DNA of 64,000 nt from a virus. The stretch is from the IMG/VR virus record IMGVR_UViG_2721755586_000001, positions 24,063-88,062 of that record; one strand, given 5' to 3'. Shown piece by piece: positions 12,801-22,872 of this stretch (its first letter is position 1; every line of letters begins with the position of its first letter). Below the pieces are notes generated by a model. The model was not told the DNA's origin, ran no database searches, and saw only the letters and a list, made by a program, of their open reading frames with translations. A program made the position numbers and the translations under genes.

Positions 12801-13744
12801 CTTTGAGTTGAGTTTTGAATAGAGGACGAAAGCTCTCTAAACTGCATATTGAGGTCTTTTATCTTTGAGGATAATGCAGGGGTTTTAGAGGTGAGTTGAG
12901 TCACGGAAAGAAGGTATTCTTGAATTTGCGCCTTGCTTTGATTACTCAAGTTATTGCCATATTTGCTAGTTAAATTGTTTGCATTAAGTTGAGCTTGGCG
13001 TTGATATAGTGCAATGGTTTGTTTTAACTCGTTGTTTTTTGCTACAGCAGACGACTTGTCATCCAATGTGCGAATTTTTTGTTTGAGAGAGTCAATTTGA
13101 GCTGAAGATTGAGCAAGATTGATTTTACGGCCGAGAGAGGAGAGAGTAGTATCAGATAGAATACCTTGCTCACGAAGTCTCTGAAGAGAGGCGTTTAACG
13201 CATCAATATCTTTTCTTTTTTTATCGAAGTTAGTGGAAACAGTAGAGTTTTTCACGTTTCCTTTTTCATCAAGATTATATATATAATCTTTGTAACCGTC
13301 ACGATTTTTCTGAGTAGAGCCTGTAACTTTACCTTGAGCATTCATTCTCTCAGTACTTTTAACAACTTGACCGAGTTTTTGTTGAGCACTTGCTAATTTA
13401 TTAGTTTCGGTTGTTTGCTCTTTAATTTTCTCAGTTGTTCGCTGGATAATTTCTCCACTGCGTTTATGTTCCTGAGTTACCTTTGTAACATTGCCATTAA
13501 GATGTTGGGTGATTCTTGTGGTTTCTTTAACTGTGTCGTTGTAATTTTTTAAATTGGACTGATATTTGTCAAATGCAGAAGTGAACTCTTTTAGAGTCTT
13601 TAGGGTGTTGGTGTCAATGTTTGTTTTTAATTCGAGGGCATTTAGCTTAGATTGAATTTGTTTTATTTGCTTGTTTAGATCATCAGTGGTCTTTGGAGAG
13701 GTGTCTGCTACTGGAGTAACAAATATTTTCAGTTGTTCGCTCAA
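6896..13744 (-). CDS. cwlP: Tape measure protein with lytic transglycosylase and M23 peptidase domains
   Basis: 2282 aa, long helical repeats; SLT motifs [29 protein letters not shown]; M23 motifs HKGLD and TGTHLH. Confidence 0.93.
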   Translation of the reverse strand: MSEQLKIFVTPVADTSPKTTDDLNKQIKQIQSKLNALELKTNIDTNTLKTLKEFTSAFDKYQSNLKNYNDTVKETTRITQHLNGNVTKVTQEHKRSGEIIQRTTEKIKEQTTETNKLASAQQKLGQVVKSTERMNAQGKVTGSTQKNRDGYKDYIYNLDEKGNVKNSTVSTNFDKKRKDIDALNASLQRLREQGILSDTTLSSLGRKINLAQSSAQIDSLKQKIRTLDDKSSAVAKNNELKQTIALYQRQAQLNANNLTSKYGNNLSNQSKAQIQEYLLSVTQLTSKTPALSSKIKDLNMQFRELSSSIQNSTQRAATFGQQLGDAFSRIPAYLLSGSIFYGAITALKNITQQAVEIDTLMTNIRRVMDLPDYKFNELLQTSLDLSNELSNKVSDVLEITGSFGRMGFQADELSDLTKTAQVLQNISDLTASDTVNTLTAAMLNFNVSAKDSISIADKLNEVDNNFAISTLDMANSIRKAGSTASTFGVELNDLIGYTAAIGSTTRESGNIVGNSLKTIFARIGNNRSSIKALDQIGISVQTAAGEAKTSSQLIGEVAEKWDSLSDAQKQNTSIGVAGIYQLSRFNALLNNYSIYQDAANTSANSMGSAWKEQEKYADSLQARINRLQNTVTEFAVAASDAFISDGLIASTEALGNFMGLTTGLVKNIGFLAPAFATATVATILFSNALRTTAMQSGAQIINALKALPLTLQTYSTGAGIAATTNRVLSLSFATLGKAAKSAGMFLAGAALPIAGFAALGFVVEKLVSAYSDAKKAQEDFETAQSTSIEAWTTNKEATQGLIDKYKELRKAKDDNQLTPEKEQEYLSVSQQLAATFPNLVEGYDAQGNAIIKNNEALKEAIKYTEEMANFNKRDLKDNATSNFEDQIKKLKELNKEMEANKTLADNYKEGSSWITRIFENPFASDDDYVKEGYKYEREALRAKQSIVSANAEIQASVLDVISAFNSIDINPNIKQSITDILNTMDFSKLSPEQLKSFSQQVAVIMDSLQKSLNNGNGSEFDKQTDSLKSLITEFSDGKVKVDNLNLSYSILKDSLDQAKNSGDSAKVTWNENGEGVDELGESVGNLSDKLKEVKGDIEATTDVLDQLLQSGQATAAMEALQGDVYDDLADQVSPLNGLLEKMAEGKSISASEAMKLIQKEKDLAGAISVENGIVKINRDAVIKLRNAKVKAYADMQTSVKQELLNQANALSKKIGYYKSEITAIKTVQDALRKKAELEKLKEDSLKMTNGKQDQLAIEQFKAAQRDLGELSGITDQLEELDKLSDLTQASLNETGTSFETMSDSADKASKSTKDSIYVADKYKEALERVNKQIEEQNRKTNDYPKWSQKYRDSIKKEIKALERKEKLLKSQIKLLKEQIKSGYIAQTGIVDSSSSYSPSSSSYSASGGSYSGKYSNIINQAASKYNVPAALIAAVIKQESNFNPNARSHAGAIGLMQLMPATARGLGVKNSKDPYQNIMGGTKYLKQMLDKFGSIEKALAAYNAGPGNVTKYGGVPPIKETQNYVKKVNNYFKQMGGSLSSSGGSAAGYYDSMRRTSHFGQQEKGLRSSPHKGLDLAAKSGTPIKSLKSGKVLTAAYSKSAGYWVVVQQDDGTVAKYMHMQKGLNVKAGQKVQAGQTLGKMGSTGRSTGTHLHMQIEKNGKAIDPEAYMQQIGSDLSSSEAERQQAISQAKSDLLGLEGDLSSVKDQIQDLQYEIVQSKLDEFEKRKSDLELKVAQNQSKASRYLNDSAQFRKYTNEQRKAVEAQQKIQSQKVSWINKELKQNKQLNAAQRDQLREELKQAKLDLISIKDQVYELQATIVQSKTDQILNNIDKSVKKTESKLKNVDIKIQTTEEDKDKVKYYSQQIKLIQQQQKEAAKYISQLEKQKKAAKGFPEIQKQISDEIAFWKDKQKDYNLELYQTKKSIKDIYKSLADEVVSIYKEMYEKMRDIELEAHRKATQDIIDGIDKEDDEAKFQKDLKDRQESIQKLLDQINQYALDDSEFGKSKVKELTEQMQKEQLDLDQFLKDRENSKRKEALQDQLEKDEKSINTKYDDLVNDERGFKDLEGKLMNGKISDINKQLSEFTKFINSNMESIGKSISNNLIDKLKEASNALGVVVKGNTTGQKIARFKTGGSVGKVPAQGALAVVDDGEIVLNKQDSVNMLKAVETVRDIGQNDVPFTPKWGTGQKLSSALSSVPTEAVKLAGANIVKSAASAISIIPSAITKLTKAPQSTVMSSVSNDQGDVYNLTLQIDKMVGDENGANSVMENIRRGLKQMKGKV

Positions 13745-13843
13745 TTAATTGCTCACATCCTTTCAATACAGCACGGAAATTTGTGTTTGATTAAGCAGTT
13801 TATTACAGCTATACTTTTAACATAAGGTAAATGGGGGAACGCC

Positions 13844-14536
13844 ATGAATAAATCCATATTATTTATATTGGGAGCTATTTTTATCTTGTCCGGTTGTGGA
13901 CAAAACAAGGTATCAGAAGAATCTACTAGTTCTAAAAATGTAACCTCTGAAGAAAAAGTAAGCTCTACTAATGATAGCCACAATTTAAATGAAGAAGATA
14001 GAAAGTTTATAAGGCTTATAAAAGAAGAAAAATTTGATGAGGTTATTAGCAAAACTGCTGAATTGAAGGAAGTTTTTCAAAAAGATTATTATTTTATAGC
14101 TTCTGCTTTCAAAAAAAATAAAGAGTTAAATGAAAAGAAAACAAATGTTGAAAACTATGATTCATATGCATACATTGAAGCCATGTTAGATAAGGTTAAA
14201 TATTCAAAAGCTCATACTGATTTAAAATTTAAACAATTCAAAAAGAAGAACTTAGAAAAAATACAATCTTTAGAAACTCTTAAAACCGAAAACACAACAA
14301 TAGATAAGAATGAGATTGAAGAGTATGAAAGGAGCAAACAAATAGAGGATCGAACTTTAAACCCACAAAGCGTATCTATTGGAATGACGGAAGATGATGT
14401 GCTATTAAACGGGTGGGGGAGACCTACAAAAGTAAATACAAATGTCACTAAAAACCGAACCCTGAAACAGTGGGTTTATAAAGGAAATAAATACTTATAC
14501 TTTGAAGACGGAATATTAACATCAATTTCCAAGTGA
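13844..14536 (+). CDS. Lipoprotein moron oriented against the late operon
   Basis: Signal peptide with lipobox ILSG-C; Ser/Glu-rich linker; C-terminal IGMTEDDVL...WGRP...QWVY...YLYFEDG (SmpA/OmlA-like small domain); own RBS GGGGGAA. Confidence 0.75.
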   Translation: MNKSILFILGAIFILSGCGQNKVSEESTSSKNVTSEEKVSSTNDSHNLNEEDRKFIRLIKEEKFDEVISKTAELKEVFQKDYYFIASAFKKNKELNEKKTNVENYDSYAYIEAMLDKVKYSKAHTDLKFKQFKKKNLEKIQSLETLKTENTTIDKNEIEEYERSKQIEDRTLNPQSVSIGMTEDDVLLNGWGRPTKVNTNVTKNRTLKQWVYKGNKYLYFEDGILTSISK

Positions 14537-14541
14537 AGCCA

Positions 14542-14600
14542 TATAAAAATAGCTGTGCCAAATGTGTATCTCTCCCACAAACGGCACAGCTATTTTTATA
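14542..14600. terminator. Probable bidirectional terminator
   Basis: Perfect 18-bp inverted repeat TATAAAAATAGCTGTGCC / GGCACAGCTATTTTTATA between convergent genes. Confidence 0.75.
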
Positions 14601-14721
14601 TTCTTCATGCTTCTTCTGATTCATTTACTTCATAATTTATCTAATAGGCTAGACTTCGAGTTTTAAGGTATATTTCTTTCATTGCGAACAAAGTGTACTC
14701 TGATTATCCCAATAAGGTGAC

Positions 14722-15087
14722 TCAATTGTCTTTAAGTTTAATGAATTCCCAAAAGTGAATTAGATGATTTAGCTTATCATCAGGCGAATCCAAAAGCTCG
14801 TTGCAAAGCATTGCTAGCTTAGGATTAACCCTATGAGACATTAAGTTGATACACTTTACGTTTCTTTTTCCTTTTATCAAATACTCAATGCTTACGTTGT
14901 AAAACTTAGCTAAAATTATCAGAGTTTCAATGTCTGGCTCGTTATCGCCAGTTTCATACCTAGCGTATGCCGCTCTAGTAATATTCAATTCCTCTGAAAG
15001 AGCTTGCTGAGTCAATTTGGGTCGGTAAACATTTCGCAGTTGTTTCAGTCGTTCACATAGACTAGACATATGTATTACTCCTAACAC
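14722..15087 (-). CDS. XRE-family helix-turn-helix regulator
   Basis: RLKQLR...LTQQALSEELNITRAAYARYETGDNEPDIETLIILAKFYNVSIEYL is a canonical HTH_3 pattern. The true start is probably the MSSLCE Met. Confidence 0.85.
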   Translation of the reverse strand: MLGVIHMSSLCERLKQLRNVYRPKLTQQALSEELNITRAAYARYETGDNEPDIETLIILAKFYNVSIEYLIKGKRNVKCINLMSHRVNPKLAMLCNELLDSPDDKLNHLIHFWEFIKLKDN

Positions 15088-15212
15088 TTTCAGATATGCA
15101 CAATTGCTATTTTGATCTTATCACCAAGAACCAAATGATTAAAGGTGTTGTATTTTAGCCATAAGCAAAATCCCTCAAAAGAAGGATCTTGATTCTGAAT
15201 AAAAGAGGGATT

Positions 15213-16238
15213 TTATTCTTTTTCTTTATTCTTGCTGTCAAGCATTTTTTGTTTCATTTTGGCAATTTTCTCTCTGACCTCAGCTTTTGTTTGAGGTTTA
15301 ATATAAGCTGAACGGGTAGTCTCAACTGATTTGTGATTTCCCATTTCAGCAGCGAGAGCAAGATCGCCAGTTTTGTCGTAGATGTCGTTAAGTGCAGTTT
15401 TTCTGATGCAGTGAGCATGGAAGTCGTCTAATCCAAGAATTTGACCAATCCTTTTAATTCGTTCTTGAATTGTGCTTTTTGACATCAGTCGGTACTGTCC
15501 ACCGTACTTTGTGATAAACAAAGAATCAATTTCAAGATTGTCCATCTCTTTTCTCATTTCTAGCCATTCGCTTATCAAATCTTTACTATATTCATTGAAT
15601 GCCACTTCAACTTTATAGCCACGCTTTTCACGTATGCCTGTGAAAACCATGTTGTCCAAATCGAGGGCAGAAAGAGTTAACTTCGCAATTGCTCCAATAC
15701 GGTTTGCAGAATCAAGCATCACTGACCAAATCAGTCTGTCTTGAATATCATACTCTTCGTCTGTTTTCAATGTTTCTGTGATAAGATTCATTTGTTCATC
15801 ATCGAGATAATACGAATTAATTATCTTTTCTTCACTAGCGCCTTTCATGCGATCTAATTTCTTATCGAAAGGGTGTTTATCAACAAAACCACGCTTCAAA
15901 CTCCATAAATAAAAACTTGATACAGTAGATAACTTAGTATTGATTACTTTCTTATTGTTTTTCAATACATCTTGGCAGAATTGAATATAGCCTTCCATAA
16001 TATCAACAGCTTCTTCAATAAACTCTTCTGAATATAAATCGAGATTGTCATAATTCTCAGCGAGATAGACAAGAAACTGATCCATGTAATTGCTATACAC
16101 CTTATATGTCGTATCTTTAACATCACGATTTTTGATGATGTTGCTGTTTAAGTACTTATCATACTTTTTTCGATTTTCTTTTGAGATCAGTGCCTTTTTT
16201 TCTTTTGTGAAATAACGTATTCTTTGAATTTTACTCAT
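15213..16238 (-). CDS. yomM: Tyrosine recombinase
   Basis: Catalytic set present: R (NRIGA), K (REKRG), HxxR (HCIR), H (GNH), Y (RSAY). Same position as SPbeta yomM. Confidence 0.85.
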   Translation of the reverse strand: MSKIQRIRYFTKEKKALISKENRKKYDKYLNSNIIKNRDVKDTTYKVYSNYMDQFLVYLAENYDNLDLYSEEFIEEAVDIMEGYIQFCQDVLKNNKKVINTKLSTVSSFYLWSLKRGFVDKHPFDKKLDRMKGASEEKIINSYYLDDEQMNLITETLKTDEEYDIQDRLIWSVMLDSANRIGAIAKLTLSALDLDNMVFTGIREKRGYKVEVAFNEYSKDLISEWLEMRKEMDNLEIDSLFITKYGGQYRLMSKSTIQERIKRIGQILGLDDFHAHCIRKTALNDIYDKTGDLALAAEMGNHKSVETTRSAYIKPQTKAEVREKIAKMKQKMLDSKNKEKE

Positions 16239-16252
16239 AATTCACCGCCAGG

Positions 16253-16684
16253 CTATTTAATTGTTTTGTAACCAGCCTTGCGAACATCTTTCATAGCAGC
16301 GTCCAAAAGTTCTCCACTGTTTTTTAATTTTTCCATAGTGTTGCTCATAAAAGGACGAGGCTCGCCATATCCATAACCATATTCGTCAGGGAATTGATAT
16401 CCTTCACCAGTCTCAACAATAGTCGCAACATCTCGTCCATCGTCTGCTCTTACGTTGTCTAGTGAGATTCCATTTGGTTCATTTACCACAACAAAAGAAG
16501 CCTTCAACTCACCAGTTCGGTTATACTCCACTGGACTATATGAATCATATACCACTGTTTGGACTTGCTCTTGACCTGTTTTGACTAAGAGCTCTTTTGT
16601 GTGACTGCCATTCTGCAAGGCCTTTAAAACTGTTTTTTCAAGCATAACGGCTAATTCTTTCGAGTTTTTAGCGCTTTTAGCCAT
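16253..16684 (-). CDS. Virion morphogenesis protein (neck/tail-completion-like; YomN position)
   Basis: YNRTGEL and PRPFMSNT motifs resemble HK97-gp10-like proteins. Confidence 0.55.
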   Translation of the reverse strand: MAKSAKNSKELAVMLEKTVLKALQNGSHTKELLVKTGQEQVQTVVYDSYSPVEYNRTGELKASFVVVNEPNGISLDNVRADDGRDVATIVETGEGYQFPDEYGYGYGEPRPFMSNTMEKLKNSGELLDAAMKDVRKAGYKTIK

Positions 16685-17166
16685 TACGCTTTAGTAGTCA
16701 ATTTTTCAACTTTTTTTAGAATTTCTTGATTAGCTGTGTCAACAAGTGCTTCTTGAGTCGCAATCATACCTTCTGTCATAGAACGCAATTTTTCATCGAT
16801 GCTCTCGAAGCTTTCCTTTGGAAAAGAATCGTTGATTATTTTATAGTATGGGGACTTAACCAATTCACTCATTAAGTTAACTTTAGAAGTGATGCCTTGT
16901 GGGATATTTGCGACATCACTGAAGGTGAGGATTGTATAAATGTTTAAAAGATCAACGAAATTAAGCTTGTGTTTAATCTTTTTATTCGACTCGATTTCAG
17001 CTACATCTTCTAGAGCCATTTTGATCATTTGTGTAACCTTAACTGGATCAAAGTTGGGGTAGATGTGAACATGGAATTTATCATCTAACTGCACTTTGAC
17101 TTTCTCATCGTACTTCTTATTCCCATCTTTAATGGCATCGATCGTTAGTTTTTGAGTTGTCATCAT
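16684..17166 (-). CDS. Hypothetical protein, possible tail assembly chaperone
   Basis: 160 aa, RBS AAGGAG, translationally coupled to the next gene. Confidence 0.5.
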   Translation of the reverse strand: MMTTQKLTIDAIKDGNKKYDEKVKVQLDDKFHVHIYPNFDPVKVTQMIKMALEDVAEIESNKKIKHKLNFVDLLNIYTILTFSDVANIPQGITSKVNLMSELVKSPYYKIINDSFPKESFESIDEKLRSMTEGMIATQEALVDTANQEILKKVEKLTTKA

Positions 17167-17233
17167 ATCTCTCCTTATGATTAAAATAAAAACACCTCAA
17201 ATAGGGGAGAGGTGTCTAGATAAAATTCTTATT

Positions 17234-17383
17234 TTATTGTGGTGGAGTATACTGCTCCCCAGTAATTTGTTCATATTGTTCAGGCGTAATTCGGCCAGCA
17301 GCTACCGTATTGTATACTCTTTCTTTAGACCATGAACCTTCATCATAAAAACTTTTAATCAACTCATACCAGCTAATATCCAA
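17234..17383 (-). CDS. XkdX-family small protein (not in ORF track)
   Basis: TTG start after GGGAGG; MDISWYELIKSFYDEGSWSKERVYNTVAAGRITPEQYEQITGEQYTPPQ (49 aa) has the XkdX G-I-T-x-E-x-Y-x-x-I-T-G motif. Confidence 0.85.
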   Translation of the reverse strand: MDISWYELIKSFYDEGSWSKERVYNTVAAGRITPEQYEQITGEQYTPPQ

Positions 17384-17656
17384 TTAAATTCCTCCCATCG
17401 CAATAATATAATAAAGATCAGATACCCGTTGTTTAACTATGCTTATTTCAGATGGCTCAGGTTCGACTTTAAAAGAATCCATGTATTCTTGAGTAGCTGA
17501 TTCTTTCCATGTCTTTTCTTCGGGATAAAATTTACCTAAATATAGTGATTGGGGAGGTGCGATATCTGTGCTCATTTCTGGCAAAACTTCTCCTTCAAAG
17601 TAATCAGATTGTCTTAAGTAAATAAAGTTTTCATCATAGTAAAATATTGTTTTCAT
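17384..17656 (-). CDS. Tail fibre assembly/XkdW-like protein
   Basis: STDIAPP...WKE motif; lies between a fibre gene and xkdX as in Bacillus tail modules. Confidence 0.6.
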   Translation of the reverse strand: MKTIFYYDENFIYLRQSDYFEGEVLPEMSTDIAPPQSLYLGKFYPEEKTWKESATQEYMDSFKVEPEPSEISIVKQRVSDLYYIIAMGGI

Positions 17657-17670
17657 AGATGTGACCCTCT

Positions 17671-18753
17671 TTATGATAGTGGTATAGTTTCATTTAAGGA
17701 CACTCTTTCAACTTTGCTATCATCCTTAGAAAACAAACCAGAGTAGATTAAGTCTCCTGCTGTCGTTAGTGTCATTCGTGCTTGCCCATAAGAACCAACA
17801 GTAACACCAGTAAAATCAATGTTTTGAACAGGGAAATAAGACAACTTGGCAATCGTTGCGCCGAGCGGAGCGGTGAATGTTCCCTGTATCTCTAAAGTTT
17901 TAGAAACAGGAATGTATCTGTGTCTTAGTGGGTATTGCGGGTTTGTAGTCCCGACTACTAAAGTAGTATTAACCCAAACCACATTAAGATCATTAGAGGA
18001 TACAAGCTTGTTCCAAGTTGAATTTACATTTTGTAGCTTCGTGAAAAGCCATGTTTCATTATTTTTCAATGAGATTGCCAAGATAGTCTTATTGGAGTTG
18101 TCCTTAGAATTGATTAAGAAAAGGAAGGGATCTGTTGCAGAAGGGGCATTAGTTAAACTTTGACCTGTGTAAACTCCAGGGGGGAGAGTCAATACATCAG
18201 TTCCGTTTGCAAGATTTTGAGCTTTCCCGTCATCTTGAGTCAACTTGTATTTTTGTGCAGCATCCAAAGTTGTCGCTAACATGTCTATCAAACTTTCATA
18301 ACCGTTCCATTTGTCTTTCTCACCTGGCTGAGTATGTAAGTTTGTTTTCTGTTCGTGCTCATCAGTGTATTCTTTAGAATTTACTAAAGCCAAATCAGCT
18401 TTCTCTTGTGAACCTTCAATGGTTTCTTTATTATCCCATTGTTCTTTTTGATCTTGATTAACATGGATATCAGAGTCGTTTTGATGTTTATTAAACTCCG
18501 TCTTGCTGGCTTGTTCGATGTTCAATACATCACCAAGACCAACTTGCTCTTTTGTGACAGCATGAGGGTTCTGAGTGTTTTGCTTATGAGTTTCTAAGTC
18601 ACTTTTAATTTCCAACTTAAATGAATCATTATCACTTTTGAAGCTTTCAACATCACGCTTCATGGAATCTTCACTGGTTAAAAAGAGGTCTTTGAGGTTA
18701 GCGATTTGCTTCTCTAGCCTTTTGTACAACCCTCTTACTAATGAATCAAGCAT
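17671..18753 (-). CDS. Tail fibre/receptor-binding-type protein (YomR position)
   Basis: NPHAVTKEQVGLGDVLN and AQKYKLTQDDG motifs typical of Bacillus phage fibre/BppU-like proteins. Confidence 0.7.
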   Translation of the reverse strand: MLDSLVRGLYKRLEKQIANLKDLFLTSEDSMKRDVESFKSDNDSFKLEIKSDLETHKQNTQNPHAVTKEQVGLGDVLNIEQASKTEFNKHQNDSDIHVNQDQKEQWDNKETIEGSQEKADLALVNSKEYTDEHEQKTNLHTQPGEKDKWNGYESLIDMLATTLDAAQKYKLTQDDGKAQNLANGTDVLTLPPGVYTGQSLTNAPSATDPFLFLINSKDNSNKTILAISLKNNETWLFTKLQNVNSTWNKLVSSNDLNVVWVNTTLVVGTTNPQYPLRHRYIPVSKTLEIQGTFTAPLGATIAKLSYFPVQNIDFTGVTVGSYGQARMTLTTAGDLIYSGLFSKDDSKVERVSLNETIPLS

Positions 18754-19118
18754 TATGTCGAAGCCTCCCCAAACACAGAGACATCTCCATCAGTCACATC
18801 TTCTAATTTAATAAATACTTTTTTGAAAGGGGAAATCGGGAATTCCCAAGCCTCGTTAATTCCTTCTGTTCCAGTTGCTATTCGGTAATCACTTAACTGA
18901 GTACCTCCTAATTCAATTTCCTGATCATCATTCGTCAATCCCACAAACGAAATTTTTCTTGAAGTAGATGTCCCAGTGATGCTGATGGCTAATTTTTGAT
19001 AATGTTTAACTTCAAATGGCTCACCGTCAGAAGGGGAGGCTGACTTCTCATGAAAAACAAATGATGCACGATCAGGAATTACGACAATAGGAGCTGTATC
19101 TTCTGCTATAATAATCAC
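18753..19118 (-). CDS. Hypothetical structural protein (YomS position)
   Basis: 121 aa, RBS AAGGAG, coupled to downstream gene. Confidence 0.55.
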   Translation of the reverse strand: MIIIAEDTAPIVVIPDRASFVFHEKSASPSDGEPFEVKHYQKLAISITGTSTSRKISFVGLTNDDQEIELGGTQLSDYRIATGTEGINEAWEFPISPFKKVFIKLEDVTDGDVSVFGEAST

Positions 19119-19158
19119 TCCTTATAAAAAGAGGAGGGGAGACCTCCTCATAAATAAA

Positions 19159-19740
19159 TTAATCCATACCCCATACAGCTAAAGTAAAACCAGTTAAATC
19201 AACAGTTCCACTTGCCTTTACAACAATTGAAATTTTAGGTGATTTAAAAGAAATAGATTTAGAAAGAGGGGAATTTTTTGTAAGTGTAGATTCATTAAAT
19301 AATACATTTTTATCACTTTCGGAAGAAGGGGAAAATAAAGAGGAAGCCTTAGGGATTGCATAGACTTCACAATCAACTTTACCCAATTCATCTTCTTGCG
19401 TTGATAATAATGAAATTCCGTATGTATTAAATAAGCCAAAATCATCTACCAAATCAAGGGCGTATACAGAGGACTCTCCACTTGCAATATCTACATTTTC
19501 GGCAAGCAGTGCTTCTTTATAACCTTTTTGAACAGTTGTTTTAATTGGAATTGTATTCCTAATAACAACTGGGATAGAAGATGTGTTAGAAACTTCTACA
19601 GAAATTTTTTCATTTGATAGAGTTACATCAATTGGCTCCTTGTTGTTCACTTCAACAGAGGTGATAGGGTTGCCATTCCCGTCATCTTTAGATGATGTAT
19701 ATCGCCCATTAGACTGGTTTAAAAAGTCACCCAATAACAT
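19159..19740 (-). CDS. Hypothetical structural protein
   Basis: 193 aa, RBS AAGGAGG, beta-rich composition. Confidence 0.55.
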   Translation of the reverse strand: MLLGDFLNQSNGRYTSSKDDGNGNPITSVEVNNKEPIDVTLSNEKISVEVSNTSSIPVVIRNTIPIKTTVQKGYKEALLAENVDIASGESSVYALDLVDDFGLFNTYGISLLSTQEDELGKVDCEVYAIPKASSLFSPSSESDKNVLFNESTLTKNSPLSKSISFKSPKISIVVKASGTVDLTGFTLAVWGMD

Positions 19741-19753
19741 ATACCTCCTTTAA

Positions 19754-20530
19754 TTATGCTCCCAGATCGCCATCATTTGCGCCTTCATCTGGCTGTGCTG
19801 GGGGAGTAACAACTTCTTCTTTTTCACGTTTAACTCTTGCGAATTGACCAATATCCCCATCTTCGCTTAAAGCTTTGTACCCAAACTCTGGTGTATACAC
19901 CTGTCCAGCTTCTAACGACATATCGAATTCTCCGCTGAATGTAACCTTCGGCAGCTGAATATATAGGTCACTGAAAATCTTAGCTGTCTTTGGATCGTAT
20001 TCAATAGTGTGGATTTCGAGATAATAATTCTCAGAAAAGTTCTCTGCGCTAATTTTAACAGTTTCAGCATCGGCTTCAATTGGATAGTGAATAGTGACTT
20101 TCTCACCATCAGAAGCGAAGCTGGATGGAATATCGACAACTTTAGTGATGACATCCATTTCACTATATTCGCCATCTTCATTTCTCAATGCAATAGTATC
20201 AATTGGCAGTGTTTTTAAAGTTACTTTACTGTCTTTCACAGTCAGCTTTTCTTCTTCCCAAATTGTAATCGTATTGTTTTCGATGCTAACACCTTGAATC
20301 ATAGCCATGAATTCTAAGTTGAAAAATGCATTTCTAATATTACCTGACAAAGATTTATCAGAGCGAATGGTATAAACATCCGCATTACCCCAACCAGCTT
20401 TTAGAAAATCTTCTTGGATTTGTTGAGCGAGGGATGTTAGCTGAGTAACGGCTGATCCAAACACTCGGCCATCACTTTTTTTTTTAATCAAGACTTTACC
20501 AACGTCATGAATTACAGTGTCTTTAGACAA
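19754..20530 (-). CDS. Probable major tail tube protein (YomU position)
   Basis: 258 aa, RBS AGGAGG, beta-rich tail-tube-like pattern; called from synteny. Confidence 0.6.
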   Translation of the reverse strand: MSKDTVIHDVGKVLIKKKSDGRVFGSAVTQLTSLAQQIQEDFLKAGWGNADVYTIRSDKSLSGNIRNAFFNLEFMAMIQGVSIENNTITIWEEEKLTVKDSKVTLKTLPIDTIALRNEDGEYSEMDVITKVVDIPSSFASDGEKVTIHYPIEADAETVKISAENFSENYYLEIHTIEYDPKTAKIFSDLYIQLPKVTFSGEFDMSLEAGQVYTPEFGYKALSEDGDIGQFARVKREKEEVVTPPAQPDEGANDGDLGA

Positions 20531-20563
20531 ATATATTCCTCCTTATAATAAAAAAAGAAGCCT

Positions 20564-21283
20564 TTATTGGCTTCCAAACATTTTTTGTAAACTATTGGAT
20601 TCTTCATTGGATAAATGGTGATCCTCAGTTTTGTAAATATCTACATATTTACTCCAATCTCCCAATTTTGTTGTTGGAGATACAGTAGCGAATAATATAG
20701 ATGTATTATAGTTCATTATTTCTGCCATCCTATAATAGGATAAATAGAGCTGATAGATAGTCATGTTGCCAATGTATTTGTAGTCATAACCATTAAAAGC
20801 AGCTACACAACTTACGATATCCTTTAACTCCGATTGGGAGTCAGACTTTAACATTTTACTGATATCATTAAACTCTTGAATTTCTTCATTCTCACTTATT
20901 TCTTCCTCTGACAGGCAGTGCATATCCATGATAATCAATCTAATCTTATTGAAATTTTCTGCATTTATCTTTGTGAGTGATTCCTGATTTTCAACAATTT
21001 TTGTCAAAATTGCATGATAACTATCGCTGAAGTCAGGTAAGATATTGTTGACGATGTTGAAAAGAGAGCTCCTATTCAAATCGAATATTAATTGATCTAA
21101 TTCACCATTGATATTATGCTTTTTATAATGCCTTAAAATTTCTTTTTTTGACATTTTAATAGCATTCAAATGAATGGCATATTCAGGGTAGTCTTTTAAG
21201 CGTATGAAATTTAATTTCCCAATTTCAGTATCAACTGCACGACCAAGAAAATAAAATTGTTTCAAACTCTCTTTGTCAATCAT
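20564..21283 (-). CDS. Hypothetical morphogenesis protein (YomV position)
   Basis: 239 aa ORF in continuous late operon. Confidence 0.55.
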   Translation of the reverse strand: MIDKESLKQFYFLGRAVDTEIGKLNFIRLKDYPEYAIHLNAIKMSKKEILRHYKKHNINGELDQLIFDLNRSSLFNIVNNILPDFSDSYHAILTKIVENQESLTKINAENFNKIRLIIMDMHCLSEEEISENEEIQEFNDISKMLKSDSQSELKDIVSCVAAFNGYDYKYIGNMTIYQLYLSYYRMAEIMNYNTSILFATVSPTTKLGDWSKYVDIYKTEDHHLSNEESNSLQKMFGSQ

Positions 21284-21804
21284 TTAGAAGCTCCAAACGT
21301 GAAAACTAGCTTGTATCCAAGATGACCATCTGGTGGGTTAGGAATAAGTAATCTCTTGTATGTAATCATTGATCCGAAGCCAGTTATGTTCTTATCGAAT
21401 AAAAGGTTGCAAATCCTATCAGATATCTTTGTGTTTCTGAATTCAGTTTCCTCAAATGTGTCTATATGTGTGTAAACGTCTATCATAATGTCTTGGTTTA
21501 GGAGTTTATAGCTTTCATTTGGGCTTTTGGGGATTCCAGAGCCTAAATATATACATACTCTACAAATTGGCTGAGAGTTAAGATCATCCGTTTTAGGCGC
21601 ACGTTTAAACAAATTAGAATAGATAGGTGGGAGAGTGAGGCCAGTAGCTTCTTCGATAGCAGGTTCATAATAGTTATCCAAACTTTGGACATCAGGAAGA
21701 TCGGGTGAAAGGGGATCATCTTTATAATAGAGGAGGCGATTGACATCTCTGTCATTCAATATTTCTCTAAAAATGTCCGTTATATGTTGCACCATCATAC
21801 TCAT
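21280..21804 (-). CDS. Probable tail terminator/neck protein (YomW position)
   Basis: 174 aa, overlaps neighbours by 4 nt; position between head-completion and tail tube genes. Confidence 0.5.
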   Translation of the reverse strand: MSMMVQHITDIFREILNDRDVNRLLYYKDDPLSPDLPDVQSLDNYYEPAIEEATGLTLPPIYSNLFKRAPKTDDLNSQPICRVCIYLGSGIPKSPNESYKLLNQDIMIDVYTHIDTFEETEFRNTKISDRICNLLFDKNITGFGSMITYKRLLIPNPPDGHLGYKLVFTFGASK

Positions 21805-22463
21805 TTGTTATCACTGACTTTCTTTTTTGCGATGAGTTTAATGGTACCCACGCCATCAATTACTTTTGAATAATCAATATCGTGGACAATATACTCTTCT
21901 GAATAAAATTGCGTTTTTAACCCAATTTTTAATTGAGGATTAGTGGAGTAGGGGAGAGTAATATGAGCTTGTCCATCAGGAAGATTGATCGGTTGATCAG
22001 AGCCGTTAACTGATACTGTTCTCTCAAACACACAAGGGATTTCAATGTTTTCACCAGGAACAAGTTTTTTAATTGACTTTCCAGTGATTTCATTGATTTT
22101 ACCTGTATCTACATATATGTCACCTGACGATAGTTTAATTGAACTGTTGCATTGTTTCATAGTTGCGCTATCATTCATTTTATTATCAGTTGGTCGAGAA
22201 TTAACCAGCCAATAAGAACTGTCGTACAAGATAAGATCGCCACGATTCAACAATCCCAAAACTGTTATAACTTTTTTAACTTCACTATCTTGAGTTGTTT
22301 GGATAATAACATCAACAGGCTTATCGTTTAATAAAACACTATAAGTTTCTGGAGAGTTTGTTAATATCTCTTTGAATATCTCATATTTATTTGCAGAAAA
22401 CTCTTCGTTCTCCCATCCACTCAAATAGTTTGAAGAAGAACTCAAATACCAATCTTTAGACAT
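21801..22463 (-). CDS. Probable head-closure/neck protein (YomX position)
   Basis: 220 aa; LNRGDLILYDSSYWLV and YIVHDID beta-barrel patterns. Confidence 0.5.
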   Translation of the reverse strand: MSKDWYLSSSSNYLSGWENEEFSANKYEIFKEILTNSPETYSVLLNDKPVDVIIQTTQDSEVKKVITVLGLLNRGDLILYDSSYWLVNSRPTDNKMNDSATMKQCNSSIKLSSGDIYVDTGKINEITGKSIKKLVPGENIEIPCVFERTVSVNGSDQPINLPDGQAHITLPYSTNPQLKIGLKTQFYSEEYIVHDIDYSKVIDGVGTIKLIAKKKVSDNK

Positions 22464-22472
22464 TTAAGCACC

Positions 22473-22862
22473 TCATTCAAAATTATTTGTTTTAAGCTTG
22501 TGTAATAAAGCATCTATTTCATCAGACAAATCTTCGTATGCTCTATTTACTTGAGCTTTAGTATTCGCCAAGCCTGTTAATTGAATGTCTCTACCAATCA
22601 CATTGTTCAACTTTAAAGCTCGATCTCTATATCGCCCTAAATGTTGTTTGTACATAAGCAGCCCAAGTAGTTTAATTTTTGGTCTAGACATAACTTCACT
22701 GAACTCTTCTGTAGATTCATCGTACTTAAGCGGCTCGAGATCAAGCTCATACGAAGCTAACGCTTCAATGAAAAATTGTTTCTCTAGTCCTTCTGGAACT
22801 ACTTCATTTGATTGAAATTTTGAATGAAATGAATTTAATACATCTTCATATCCAGCCATCAT
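22473..22862 (-). CDS. Probable head-tail adaptor
   Basis: 129 aa helical protein downstream of the capsid genes. Confidence 0.45.
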   Translation of the reverse strand: MMAGYEDVLNSFHSKFQSNEVVPEGLEKQFFIEALASYELDLEPLKYDESTEEFSEVMSRPKIKLLGLLMYKQHLGRYRDRALKLNNVIGRDIQLTGLANTKAQVNRAYEDLSDEIDALLHKLKTNNFE

Positions 22863-22872
22863 AATCTATCCC

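Noticed and set aside
15213-16238. Treating YomM, YopP or YopR as the prophage integrase with att sites
   Set aside because: In SPbeta-like phages integration uses a serine recombinase outside this region, and no att-like junction or host gene is in the window.
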